A DNA stretch of 34,074 nucleotides from Octopus bimaculoides (GCF_001194135.2 NC_068983.1:89093659-89127732), one strand, 5' to 3'. Positions 1-11,757 are shown, counted from the stretch's first letter. Numbers and translations are program-made. The notes: generated by a model from the letters alone, not told the origin.

Positions 1-55
<55 letters not shown>
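1..55. repeat. (TA)n microsatellite
   Basis: Pure TA dinucleotide run. Confidence 0.98.
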
Positions 56-59
<4 letters not shown>

Positions 60-279
60 CAAAAGCATATACATATATATATATTAATTCTAGATATCAC
101 TCGATTTTTAACACATGCTGACTAGGTTTTTCCAATACCAGCAACATCTCACAAATTATACATTCACATAATAACCATATTCTAAGAGGTTTCAGTCTCT
201 CTTCTAATAATACTAGTAATCATATTAACACTAACAATAACATTAATAATTTCTTCTTAAATGGTAACAACTATACATC

Positions 280-570
280 CAGCATGCGTCCTAAATGGAA
301 ATGCCGTTAACCAATGCAAAGTTACTTCTGGTAACAAAGAATTTTTTTATATTAGATTATCCTTAACATTTTTGAAATACTGTCTGGCTAATCACTTCTC
401 TACTTTTAAATACAATCATAAGTGAAACTCTACGGGACTCAGTAAACTAATCTGGAACCTCAAGGACTCTAACAAATTTTTTTCCTTAGAATGGAAAATT
501 CTTTCTAGATCTTTTCCTTATGATAAAGGAAAATCTTTTTGTCCTTTATGCACAGAAGAGCAGTATTTTA
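280..570 (+). mobile_element. Penelope-like element GIY-YIG endonuclease fragment (degenerate)
   Basis: Manual translation with a stop and frameshifts gives CVLNG...FYIRLS...LANHFSTFKYNHK*NSTGLSKLIWNLKDSNKFFSLEWKILSRSFPYDKGKSFCPLCTEE. This matches the PLE endonuclease C-terminal pattern (LSK.IW.LK...W.I...Y....C.LC) and is homologous to the ORF at 6585-6995. Confidence 0.8.
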
Positions 571-1377
571 CAGAGAGAGTTTACAAATGTATTCATTGGA
601 GAAAATACTCTTTTAGTTCTTTCAAATAATATCTACCCGTAACATAATAGTATTTTCTGCAAATTTTCTTTTCTTTATTCTTCCATCTTACTTCCCATAA
701 CCTTTACTGACCCTTCTTTCCATTTCATTCATGCATTTTCATGTATACAATTCGCCTGTTTCTCTTTACTCTCCTTTTTTACTTTGTTTTTTCCTTCCTC
801 TCTCCCCTCTCTCTCTTTTTTTACTTTGTTTTATCCTTCGTTTCTTTCCCCCTCCCTCTCTTTCTATACATCTCCTCTCACAAAATCTAGTTTGTTTCAA
901 TAATGTTATTTTAAATTCCTAGCATTCCCTGTTTGTATGTAAATATTTTATGAATGAACAACAATGTATATGTGCTTAAGTAAGCAGATTTATGTATATA
1001 CAATCATGTGTTTGAGTCTATTGATGTTTTGGGATGTGTATGCTCTGGTGTATGTATATGATCATTTGTTTATGAGTATAAGTATGTGATTGTAAATGTA
1101 TATTTTAGCATGTTTCTATGTCGCTGCTGCAAGAATATGTACGAGTATATGTGTAGATATACAGGCATATGTGTGTGAGTATATTTCTGCTTATGTATGT
1201 ATGTATTTGGAAATATATGTACGTGTTTGTGTGTATGTACAAGTATATATTTATGTATATTTTAATATTTTAAAAATATGTATATGTATTTGTGTATATC
1301 TAGTTGGATATACACACACTGTCGCTTGATCATATGCATATTTAATCCTAACACTTTCAAATTTTACAATTGGAAAT

Positions 1378-1437
1378 GCTACACTGAAGAGAGAAGTAAG
1401 TAATTAAAACACTTTAACCCTGAAACGCGTCTGTGGC
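1378..1437 (+). ncRNA. Minimal type I hammerhead ribozyme motif, family A copy 1
   Basis: Stem I GCUACA(1378-83)/UGUGGC(1432-37); core CUGAAGA(1384-90); GAAAC-GC-GUC(1422-31) with palindromic ACGCGU stem III. The stem II 3' strand is mutated (CCCU instead of UCUC). Confidence 0.75.
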
Positions 1438-1929
1438 GAATCAGAGTCATGTTAATTCATTGGTTTTCTCTTTGCCTATGTAAAAAAGTGTGTTACTCTC
1501 GTGGAGATTCTTACAGTAGTAGAAAAGGAATTTTTAACTCTTATTTCTAAATTCGGTATGTGGTGAAGCAATTAGCTGACCACTAATTATAATTATGTTT
1601 ATAATTATAGAATATTTGTATAATTTAACCTATAAATTTTATTTTAACGTACCGATCTACTTGGTAAAATTATTAATTAATTGATTAATTATTTTAATTA
1701 ATTAATTTTACCCTTTTATTATTAATTTGAAATTATAATTTACTCCATGATACAATACTGCAGTTTTCTGCAGTACTGCTCGTAACATACACGTGGGTAC
1801 AAGGGATGAATAGTGTATTCACATTCAGCTGTGTAAATTTTGGAAGTGTTAGTTGGATATCTGTTGCACAATTTTGCTCGATCGTGTGCATATTTAATCC
1901 TAACACTTTCAAATTTTATAATTGGAAAT

Positions 1930-1989
1930 GCTACACTGAAGCGAGAAGTAAGTAATTAAAACACTTTAATCTCGAAACGCATCTGTGGC
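1930..1989 (+). ncRNA. Minimal type I hammerhead ribozyme motif, family A copy 2
   Basis: Same stem I; perfect stem II GAGA/UCUC; core CUGAAGC (A9 to C) and triplet AUC instead of GUC. Confidence 0.7.
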
Positions 1990-2326
1990 TAATCATATAT
2001 TCGGAGTCATGTTGATTCATTGTTTTTCTTTTTGCCTACGTACAAAAAAGTGTTACTATTGTGGAGATTCTTACAGTAGTAGAAAAGGAATTTTTAACTC
2101 CTATTTCTAAATTTGGTATGTGGTCAAGCAATTAGCTGACTCCTAATTATAATTATGTTTATAATTATAAAATATTTGTATAATTTTACCTATAAATGAT
2201 ATTTTAATGTACCGATCTACTTGGTAAAATTATTAATTAATCGATTAATTAATTATCTTAACTAATTTTACCTTTTTATTATTAATTTGAAATTATATAT
2301 ACATATATGTGTATATACACATGCAT

Positions 2327-2368
<42 letters not shown>

Positions 2369-2523
2369 TTATTTATATATGTATTAATATTATCTTAGTT
2401 GAAAAACTTTGATAAGGTAAATATGTTAATAGTTACCAGGGTAGCAAAATTCACAAAGAAACTGGGATATCATACTTAGTTAAGAGGTAGAAATTCCATG
2501 TTAAAGTGATGTATTTTGAGTTG

Positions 2524-2733
2524 ATATAATAAAGAATAAATGGAGCAAAACGCATATAATAAATAAGTTCCTTTACTTCTGACACATGTTTTGAAAATTA
2601 CATGCACTCTATTCCAAAGGAATAAAAGATGTTTTTATAAATGTAATTTTCTCCTCAGGGAACCATCCTTTGAATGGAAGACCTATATCGAATGGGAAAG
2701 TTACGTATTGGGAAGAATGCTACATAGCTAAGT
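2524..2733 (+). mobile_element. PLE fragment (N-terminal part of GIY-YIG region), inverted homolog of 6860-7062
   Basis: Sequence ggagcaaaac.catataataaataagttcctttacttctgacacatgttttgaaaattacatg... is the reverse complement of 6860-7062 with scattered mismatches. Confidence 0.8.
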
Positions 2734-3784
2734 TTTAAAAAACCATTAGATGTTAAAACGCTGGATTACAGACCGTAGTATTAGGAGGAAAGTGATGAAT
2801 GCTACAATTGGAGTTTAAATTAGATAGAAGCTATAATAAACCCCGAAAAAAATTCCTAAATAATAAATTAAGCGTTTGATAAATCACGTATGTAAGTGGA
2901 AAGAAAAAGGGAAATAATCCAGTGAATTTGCATTTAGACTGTATGTTTATGTTTGTAAATCCTCGTAAATAATGTGTAGCAATAAAGTTGTTTATAATGT
3001 GAATTGTTAATATGAGTAACTTTTAATAGTGTATCAAAGTAATTACAGTAATTAATCTAAGTAAATGGCAATACATGTTATAAAGTAATAAAAGATTAAA
3101 TTATGTGAAGAAATGGATTTGCAATAAATACATATATAAATGCATATTTAAACTAAATCAGAATTATCCGTCAGAAATAACGTGCGTCCTTGTATATTAC
3201 TTTATGACATAAAGGTATATTAATAAAAGCAGAACTCAGTATTAGACACAATATAGAAGTTAAGTACGAGTAGGAAGAGAATATCTTGAAATATAAGTCT
3301 AGATAAAGAATAGAATAATTTAAAACTGGATTTGAGAGAGATGTATGAAGGGAAGGAAGCATTCATGTATTTTATTTTATTATATTACTTATGAAAACCA
3401 GATCATTAATATATACGTAAATTATTTGAATATGAAACTATTTTACAAAGAGGAAAAAAGGTAAGAAAAATAACGAGTGTTGGTAAAGGAGATTTCGCAT
3501 GCTATTAAAATAAATTATAGTAAAGGATCCATATTTAAGTTAGAACAAGATGTAAGTTAATGAATAGAATGGAGAAGGATTAATTAATTTGCTTGTTAAT
3601 GTTAGGTCTATATAAGTGATCAAAAAACTTAATCCACTTACATGTTTCATAATTCCTAAAGTATTACTGTTCTTGGAGTAGAACAATCTGTACTAACTTG
3701 AGAAGAATAGTGTGTAGGACCAGCTAGTATTGGAAATAGTTATAATTATTATTACTATCATTGTTATTATTATTTTTATAATAA

Positions 3785-6003
3785 CACTGGTCAACAGCCA
3801 ATTTTCATCAGGGATATTATATGATGTTTTATATGTAGTTTTGTCTGCAGATTTCAAAAGTGTAATCAGTTTCCTTCTATCAGACACAGTTTTTCTGTAA
3901 TTTTATGTTTTCATAATCTTTTCTTTTCATAAATTTTACTTTCTGTTTAAGGTGCCAAGTCATCATCAACTTCTACTCAGGATGTCAAGGCATTGCAAGA
4001 ACAGTCCTGATATATTTTGTCATGTCTGTGGTTCATTTACCACCAAAGCTCAGCAACGTGTCATCACAAGTGAAATCAAGGTCTACCAGTTATACTTTGG
4101 CTGCTCTCTTGGGGATCAAAATAAGAGTTGGGCGCCGCACATCATCTGCTCAGCTTGTTCAAATGGACTAAGAGATTGGCTAAATAAGAAGAAGAGAGCA
4201 ATGTCGTTTGCAATACCTATGATATGGAGAGAGCCAAGGGATCATTTCATGGGCTGTTATTTCTGCAGTGTTAATGTATGTGGGTTTACTGTAAAGACCA
4301 AGCATAAGATTGTGTATCCCAACTTGGAATCAGCAAGAAGACCAGTACTACACAACAATGATGATCTTCCTATTCCAATACCACCAGAAAATGGCCTTCA
4401 GATGTCTGACAAAGATGTATTTCCTGAAGAAAATACTACTGCTGTGGAAGACACTGAAGTGGATGCAGATTTCACGATTGAAAATGAAGATGTACCACAG
4501 AAATTTTCTCAAGGAGAGTTAAATGATTTAGTCAGAGACTTGTCATTGTCGAAGGATAAAGCTGAACTATTAGCATCTCGCCTACAAGAAAAGTGTCTGC
4601 TTAAGAAAGATGTTTGTATTACTCATTTCAGGAAGAGAAATAGGGATCTGACTTCATGCTTCTCTGTTGATGGACCACTTTGTTTCAGTANNNNNNNNNN
4701 NNNNNNNNNNNNNNNNNNNNNNNNNNNNNNNNNNNNNNNNNNNNNNNNNNNNNNNNNNNNNNNNNNNNNNNNNNNNNNNNNNNNNNNNNNNNNNNNNNNN
4801 NNNNNNNNNNNNNNNNNNNNNNNNNNNNNNNNNNNNNNNNNNNNNNNNNNNNNNNNNNNNNNNNNNNNNNNNNNNNNNNNNNNNNNNNNNNNNNNNNNNN
4901 NNNNNNNNNNNNNNNNNNNNNNNNNNNNNNNNNNNNNNNNNNNNNNNNNNNNNNNNNNNNNNNNNNNNNNNNNNNNNNNNNNNNNNNNNNNNNNNNNNNN
5001 NNNNNNNNNNNNNNNNNNNNNNNNNNNNNNNNNNNNNNNNNNNNNNNNNNNNNNNNNNNNNNNNNNNNNNNNNNNNNNNNNNNNNNNNNNNNNNNNNNNN
5101 NNNNNNNNNNNNNNNNNNNNNNNNNNNNNNNNNNNNNNNNNNNNNNNNNNNNNNNNNNNNNNNNNNNNNNNNNNNNNNNNNNNNNNNNNNNNNNNNNNNN
5201 NNNNNNNNNNNNNNNNNNNNNNNNNNNNNNNNNNNNNNNNNNNNNNNNNNNNNNNNNNNNNNNNNNNNNNNNNNNNNNNNNNNNNNNNNNNNNNNNNNNN
5301 NNNNNNNNNNNNNNNNNNNNNNNNNNNNNNNNNNNNNNNNNNNNNNNNNNNNNNNNNNNNNNNNNNNNNNNNNNNNNNNNNNNNNNNNNNNNNNNNNNNN
5401 NNNNNNNNNNNNNNNNNNNNNNNNNNNNNNNNNNNNNNNNNNNNNNNNNNNNNNNNNNNNNNNNNNNNNNNNNNNNNNNNNNNNNNNNNNNNNNNNNNNN
5501 NNNNNNNNNNNNNNNNNNNNNNNNNNNNNNNNNNNNNNNNNNNNNNNNNNNNNNNNNNNNNNNNNNNNNNNNNNNNNNNNNNNNNNNNNNNNNNNNNNNN
5601 NNNNNNNNNNNNNACGATATCAAGGATTTTGGAATGCAGGAATGTTAGCTGACTACTGTTGGATGTTATACAGGGATGAACCTGAGACAAAACACCATAG
5701 AAAGTCCAAATCCCAAAGATTTTAAGTTGTTATACATTCGAGTGTATTCTAACTTATTTGTACACAATAATTTTAATTTTGTACAATAAACAGCCATGAA
5801 ATTATCGTATCTTGTATTCATTATACTTTATATAGACATGCTTTACGTATCCTATAAGTTAAAACAGCAGATATCATTAACATGAAAATGTGACCTGATA
5901 GAGAAAATCGGACTTCGGATTCGTAATCAGCATCAAAAATTAACCCAGAAAAGTCAATCAGCAACTCTGATGATTAAAAAGAGTTTCATTTTGTTGACCA
6001 GTG
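3785..6003 (+). mobile_element. Chapaev3-like (CMC superfamily) DNA transposon, apparently full length
   Basis: Perfect 12-bp TIRs CACTGGTCAACA (3785-3796) / TGTTGACCAGTG (5992-6003); TAA target duplication at 3782-84 and 6004-06; internal transposase ORF. CAC termini and a 3-bp TWA TSD are the established Chapaev3 hallmarks. Confidence 0.85.
3982..5725 (+). CDS. Chapaev3-type transposase (middle hidden by N gap 4691-5613)
   Basis: Open from ATG 3982 to the gap, with a Chapa-type zinc finger pattern CHVCG...D...PHIICSAC...WREPRDH...CYFC. After the gap: RYQGFWNAGMLADYCW...KHHRKSK* ending at TAA 5723-5725. The frame offset across the gap is attributable to the estimated gap length. Confidence 0.85.
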
Positions 6004-6010
6004 TAATTAA

Positions 6011-6047
<37 letters not shown>

Positions 6048-6584
6048 TACGAGTTGGATATATGTGATAATAATATATAATAAAAGGAACCCTATGTGAA
6101 TAGATAATGAGAACAGGTTTGCTAGACAAACTAAAAGTAGTATTAATGTTAAATTGATATTAAAGTTATGGTCATGTCTATACAATGCAGAAGTGCTGCA
6201 TTAACATATATGGATACTAAGGTGGGAAATGAACTGAAAATATATAAAGTTATAATTAACTTGAATATATTTGAGTATGATTATAAATCCAAAGGATAAA
6301 AAATAATAAACAATAATAAAAATTAAAAAATGTGATAAGAATAAAAGCCTTATCTAGCAACAATGATAAGTTGGAGAATAATCCAAAGGGGTTAATTGCA
6401 AGTAATTAGAAAAATTGTATTACCTAAATTAAATTAAATTTAAAGTAGAGAAAGTGTACATAACACATATGATGTGATGGTTAACTAGTGTGAATAGTGG
6501 TAGTTAAATTAAAAAATAACTAAATGCATTAAATAGGATGAATCAATGAAATGAGCGGAATGTATGTTTCCTCCAATGTTGGCA

Positions 6585-7054
6585 TCAATATGCTCTCTGG
6601 GTAATCTGGTTCACTAAATTATCATCATCATTTAATGTCCGCTTTCTGGAGAACGAAATGAGGAACAGATCCAAGTTACAAAGAGGACAAAAATCCTTAC
6701 CTTTATCATAGGGTATTGAGGTAGCTTGTATTGACCATTCTAAACAGAATTGCTTATTGCGGTCCTTAAATTTCCAAATTAACTTGCTAAGTCCTGTGCT
6801 ATTATGTTTATTCTTATCCCTAAATGTTGAGTAATGATTTGAAATTCTCTTACTTAGCTGTGATGAAGAACAACCTATATAATTTTCACATTCGGTATAG
6901 GTCTTGCATTTAAAGGATGGTTCCCTGAAGACTTTTCTGTTACATTTATAAAAACATCTTTTATTCCTTTGGAATAGAGTACATGTAATTTTCAAAACAT
7001 GTGTCAGAAGTAAAGGAACTTATTTATTATATGTGTTTTGCTCCATATATTCTT

Positions 7055-7062
<8 letters not shown>
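6585..7062 (-). mobile_element. Penelope-like element GIY-YIG endonuclease fragment
   Basis: ORF 6585-6995: CFYKC...ENYIGCSSSQLSKRISNHYSTF...STGLSKLIWKFKD...LEWSI...YDKGKDFCPLC. It has the YIG, R...H and C.LC motifs of PLE endonucleases. Confidence 0.85.
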
Positions 7063-7109
<47 letters not shown>

Positions 7110-7144
7110 TCAATGCATATACATATATATGTATATATACATAA

Positions 7145-7231
<87 letters not shown>

Positions 7232-7232
7232 T
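7057..7232. repeat. (TA)n/(CA)n compound microsatellite
   Basis: Directly visible. Similar tracts occur at 2296-2385, 9040-9118, 9510-9721, 11331-11650 and 14520-14575. Confidence 0.95.
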
Positions 7233-7500
7233 AGAAATATATTTCTAACTCTTTCTAAAGGAGACTACAACATAAGACGAAAGCTGCTGCTGATTAGCTC
7301 CAAGAAGCCATCGCCTCTAGCTAGGTATGTGATATACAAACCTGTGTCTATTACAACCTTCAAACAGGGGAGGTCAGCAGCTTCCCCTTCCTAGTTCAAA
7401 ATCTACAGACTAGTTTTGGATTATACACCTCTTCTCAATGTGGAGTAGCTGAACCCAATAGGCGTCACTGCTGACAGTCTGTTCGAAGATTATTTATATA

Positions 7501-9004
7501 CTAGCTGAGATACTCGGCATTGCCTGTGTTACATGCAATGGAAGAATTGGACTTTTCTGATATATTTTCTCTAATGAACTGGAATACCTATGATTCGAAT
7601 TGCAGATAAAGGTTCTTTCCCTCTTTACACACCCCGCAAAAATTCTAATCATGATACATGTATCCCATACTACTGATCTTTATGTGCAGATTCCAAAATT
7701 CCAGTCTTATGGAACCTGTTAAAAGGATTTTGCTCCTGAAAAATGGAGGTCATGGAGCTCTAAAATATGGCAGTTAAGGCCTCTATTGGGGGTGGGTGTC
7801 TTAATGTCAACCAGAGAAGTTGAATTGCTGAGAATCTTTTTAACTTGGGTGTTATATCTATTGTTTGAATTTCTTTGAAATAGGAATATGTATGTTCACT
7901 GGGTTTGTAAAAGAGAGCAAAGCTACAGAAAACCAGAAGACGAATGATCACAATAAGCAGTCGGCTACCCTAACCTAGTCGTTACTACTCCCCAATGTAG
8001 AATTCTTCACCATACAGGTGACTAGCACAGCCGTAAGATGCATTACGGATCTATAGCAATTGGAAGAGCGTGACCCAACTGAAATAAACATTAACAACTG
8101 TGTGACATGAGAGCTAAGTAGAAATGAAAGTGTCACCTCTGGAGTTTGCAACTGACCACTATACCAATAGGTAACTGGACAGAATAAATTTACAATTAAT
8201 AAATGTCTCTGAATAACCAGTCACTCATCTTGGAAGGCCTTGAAGTCAATGTTACCCTCTGGGGATTATGTGTAACCCAGTGATAATAAAAAGATTCAAA
8301 GGAGGTCTGCAACGAAATAAATTTACTCAATACTTTGCAACTGAATCAGTGGAGGCAAAGATGCCTCTCATTTACTTCACAATTTATGCACCACATTGCA
8401 GAAATCACAATGTAAGTATATCTCAAAGCAATCTCTTACACTGTTGTACCATTGAATTACAAATAACACTCATCTTTTGTGCTCGGGTGACCCTACAGCT
8501 TCCAAGAGTACAACTGGATTCATCTTTGCTTAGACAAAAAGACTAAATTGTGGGTGTTAAGTCCCCATAAAAAGATCTTTCTAACTTCTAAGATGAATTT
8601 TTAGAAATATTTCTTTATTTGTGTCTAATATCTATGGTTAAAATTTCATCAACAGCAAAAATGTATGAATTTTCATGGGGGTTATGGCCGTTATATGTAG
8701 AATATAATTCCAAATTTCATAAAGATCCATTCAGTACTTTTGACCTAGTTTTGGATCATAAAAAATGACTAAAATTTGGGAGTTAAGACCCCCATTAGGG
8801 GGTCTCAGAATCCTCATGAGAAGTGGAAACTTTGAGAATACATTCAGTAATTTTGGTCCATGAAATTATATGAAACACACAGCATTACCCATCTCCCTAT
8901 GTTTGGATTTTGTGCTTCAAATTCCATTAGGATCAGTGCAGTAGTTTTGGAATGTATAAGTAACACACGAACACACATACAGACATTGACTTTTATATAA
9001 TAGA
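7501..9004 (-). mobile_element. Non-autonomous Helitron with decayed Rep remnant
   Basis: On the minus strand: 5' end TCTATTATATAAAAG (9004 down), 3' end ...CAGGCAATGCCGAGTATCTCAGCTAG (7501) with a degenerate subterminal hairpin, inserted between A (9005) and T (7500). Internal minus-strand remnants YWY..QLQ..RG..HFHFYL (~8115-8169) and AIRIIGIPVH (~7574-7603) resemble Helitron Rep motifs. Confidence 0.8.
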
Positions 9005-9056
9005 TATGAATATGCACATATACATACACGTATATGTGTGTATTATATATATATAT

Positions 9057-9101
<45 letters not shown>

Positions 9102-9189
9102 TATATACACACATACACAAAAGGATTGATTGATAGATACAACTGAGTGGGCAAAGAAAAATAGACACTGCCTAGTGCTTTTCTTTATT

Positions 9190-9511
9190 TTGATAAGCCT
9201 GATACTTATTCTATCAGTTTCTTCTTATCAAACCAGTAAGTTATGGGGATGTAAATAAACGAACAGCAGTTGTGAAGTAGTGATGAGGGAGAAACAGCGA
9301 GACAAAAACACACACATACATTTACATATATACATACATATATATACAATTGATTTCTTTCAATTTCTGTCTACAAATTCCACTCACAAGGCTTTGGTTG
9401 GTCTGTGAGGCTATAGCAGAAGACACATGCCAAGTCAACACAGTAGTGGGACTGAACTCAGGACCATATGTTTTGGAACCAAGTTTCTTACCACACAGCC
9501 ACACCTGCACC
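9190..9511 (-). mobile_element. tRNA-derived SINE (cephalopod type)
   Basis: Minus-strand head with A-box GTGGCTGTGTGGTAAG (9502-9487) and B-box-like GAGTTCAGTCCC (9459-9448). Its 3' half is homologous to the copy at 33210-33425. Confidence 0.75.
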
Positions 9512-10519
9512 AATGTATGTGTGTGTGTGTGTATGAGTGTATATATGTATGCATGTATATATATGTGTACATATTATATGTACATCTATATATATACCTC
9601 TATACATATACATGTATATATCAATAGATATATACATCTATATATATACATTTGTGCAGATGTATACATATATATATATGTGTATATACATAATATATAT
9701 ATATATTATATATATATATAANNNNNNNNNNNNNNNNNNNNNNNNNNNNNNNNNNNNNNNNNNNNNNNNNNNNNNNNNNNNNNNNNNNNNNNNNNNNNNN
9801 NNNNNNNNNNNNNNNNNNNNNNNNNNNNNNNNNNNNNNNNNNNNNNNNNNNNNNNNNNNNNNNNNNNNNNNNNNNNNNNNNNNNNNNNNNNNNNNNNNNN
9901 NNNNNNNNNNNNNNNNNNNNNNNNNNNNNNNNNNNNNNNNNNNNNNNNNNNNNNNNNNNNNNNNNNNNNNNNNNNNNNNNNNNNNNNNNNNNNNNNNNNN
10001 NNNNNNNNNNNNNNNNNNNNNNNNNNNNNNNNNNNNNNNNNNNNNNNNNNNNNNNNNNNNNNNNNNNNNNNNNNNNNNNNNNNNNNNNNNNNNNNNNNNN
10101 NNNNNNNNNNNNNNNNNNNNNNNNNNNNNNNNNNNNNNNNNNNNNNNNNNNNNNNNNNNNNNNNNNNNNNNNNNNNNNNNNNNNNNNNNNNNNNNNNNNN
10201 NNNNNNNNNNNNNNNNNNNNNNNNNNNNNNNNNNNNNNNNNNNNNNNNNNNNNNNNNNNNNNNNNNNNNNNNNNNNNNNNNNNNNNNNNNNNNNNNNNNN
10301 NNNNNNNNNNNNNNNNNNNNNNNNNNNNNNNNNNNNNNNNNNNNNNNNNCGATCTTATATATATACACTCCAAGAGAGTTAGGGGTTGAGGAGCCAACCC
10401 ACTAAAGGATAATATCTATCCAATATACTGCTGGGAGGGTACCCAATTATTGTTACACTAGTGTTATACCAAGCGCAATAAGTGGGTGTGGGTAAAAGAG
10501 GTTTTTTTTACCTTAAATT

Positions 10520-11331
10520 TATATAGCAATAAGAAAATAGAGGGGGAATATGAGGTACTCATCAACTTGCAGACACTGTATTCTGTTGATTAATGTTTAT
10601 TTTATAACCAAAATGACAATAAAGACAATATACAGACACTTATGACATACCATGTCATATCCAGAATTAAGATTTCAAATTTAAAGGACATCTAGTAATT
10701 GGAGAAGGGACAAAATCTTACAGCTGTTTCGGCCTAGCATTGACATGCCCGATTCTATCTATATAGCTCCAGTACGCTTGAGTAATTAGTAGATGAAAAT
10801 GATGTAATGGCGGTACATGCATGATTCACTAGCCCTCGGTAATGTATACATGCAAATGCATGTATATATGAGTTTTTATGACTCTTTATATGGTTTTTTA
10901 TATACTTTTTGTATGCTTTTTGATATGCCTTATATTTTTATATATATATTTTTTTTTAATTTTATATTTGTATTTGAATTTTGCAAAATTCATGAATTGA
11001 ATTTTGTAAATCTCTGAAGAGGGCTAGTGAATCATGCATGTACTCCCATTACATCATTTTCATCTACTAATTACTCCAGCGTACTGGAGCTATATAGATA
11101 GAATGGGGCATGCCAACGCTAGGCCAAAACAGCTGTAACATTTTGTCCCTTCTCCAATTGCTAGATGTCCTTTAAATTTGGAATCTCAATTGTTGATATG
11201 ACATGGTATGTCATAAGCGTCTGTATATTGTCTTTTTTGTCATTTTGGTTATAAAATAAACAGATTAATCAACAGAATACAGTGTCTGCAAGTTGATGAG
11301 TACCTCATATTCCCTTCCATTTTCTTATTGC

Positions 11332-11337
<6 letters not shown>
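10520..11337. repeat. Inverted repeat, ~320-bp arms (10520-10837 / 11019-11337) with ~180-bp spacer; PLE-type pseudo-LTR with hammerhead motif
   Basis: The arms are reverse complements over their full length (e.g. ttacagctgtttcggcctagc vs gctaggccaaaacagctgtaa). Confidence 0.9.
11008..11143 (+). ncRNA. Type I hammerhead ribozyme motif, family B, with ~90-nt insertion in loop II
   Basis: Stem I AAAUCU(11008-13)/ACAUUU (AGAUUU in the inverted copy); CUGAAGA 11014-20; stem II GGGCUAG/CUAGGCC; AAAAC (GAAAC in the inverted copy at 10730-10726); AGCU palindrome; triplet GUA 11135-37. Confidence 0.7.
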
Positions 11338-11368
<31 letters not shown>

Positions 11369-11408
11369 AAATATATATATATATATACATATATATTTAC
11401 ATGTATAC

Positions 11409-11453
<45 letters not shown>

Positions 11454-11482
11454 AATATATATACATATATATACATGTATAC

Positions 11483-11513
<31 letters not shown>

Positions 11514-11734
11514 TAAATATACATATATATATATACACATGCATATATATATACACATGCATATATATATACACACACACACACATATATATATATACAC
11601 ACATATACATATATATATATAGATATATATATAAAGAGAGAGAGAGAGAGAATAGTAAAAGGATATGGAGTGCACTTTTTAATGCTTCTTTGAGTACTTC
11701 TTCAGTCATTACATTTGGTTGTGGAGATTTCTCT

Positions 11735-11757
11735 TCAAAGATGAGTGGCCAGTCTTT
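11735..11757 (-). CDS. Candidate last or internal exon of host gene (frame ambiguous)
   Basis: Acceptor ctacttatag at 11758. In the phase carried from the 12069 donor it reads ERLATHL*; another frame reads [27 protein letters not shown]. Confidence 0.3.

Larger units (their letters stand above)
1335..2298 (+). repeat. Direct tandem repeat, period 552 bp (copy 1 ~1335-1738, copy 2 ~1887-2298); probable PLE pseudo-LTR or retrozyme unit
   Basis: Two roughly 90% identical ~400-bp blocks starting tgcatatttaatcctaacac. They lie downstream of the GIY-YIG fragment in the same orientation, and each has a hammerhead motif. Confidence 0.85.

Noticed and set aside
2740-3780. AT-rich stretch as continuation of PLE coding sequence
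   Set aside because: No convincing RT or EN motifs in any frame and no similarity to the other PLE fragments by eye; left unassigned.
4623-5690. Long ORFs made mostly of X (also 9537-10397, 25855-26847)
   Set aside because: Artefacts of reading through N gaps; only the transposase and Tx1 frames have real flanking homology.
7245-7295. Possible fourth hammerhead (ctaaagga-gacta...taagac-gaaag)
   Set aside because: Core has two changes, and neither stem II nor a stem I/III with NUH can be closed; at most a decayed remnant.
9440-9511. tRNA gene
   Set aside because: Only A/B-box remnants continuing into a SINE body; no cloverleaf.
7004-11709. Many ORFs rich in YIYI/IYIY/CVCV (e.g. 7004-7394, 8844-9110, 9350-9721, 11249-11709)
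   Set aside because: Translations of TA/CA microsatellites, not proteins.
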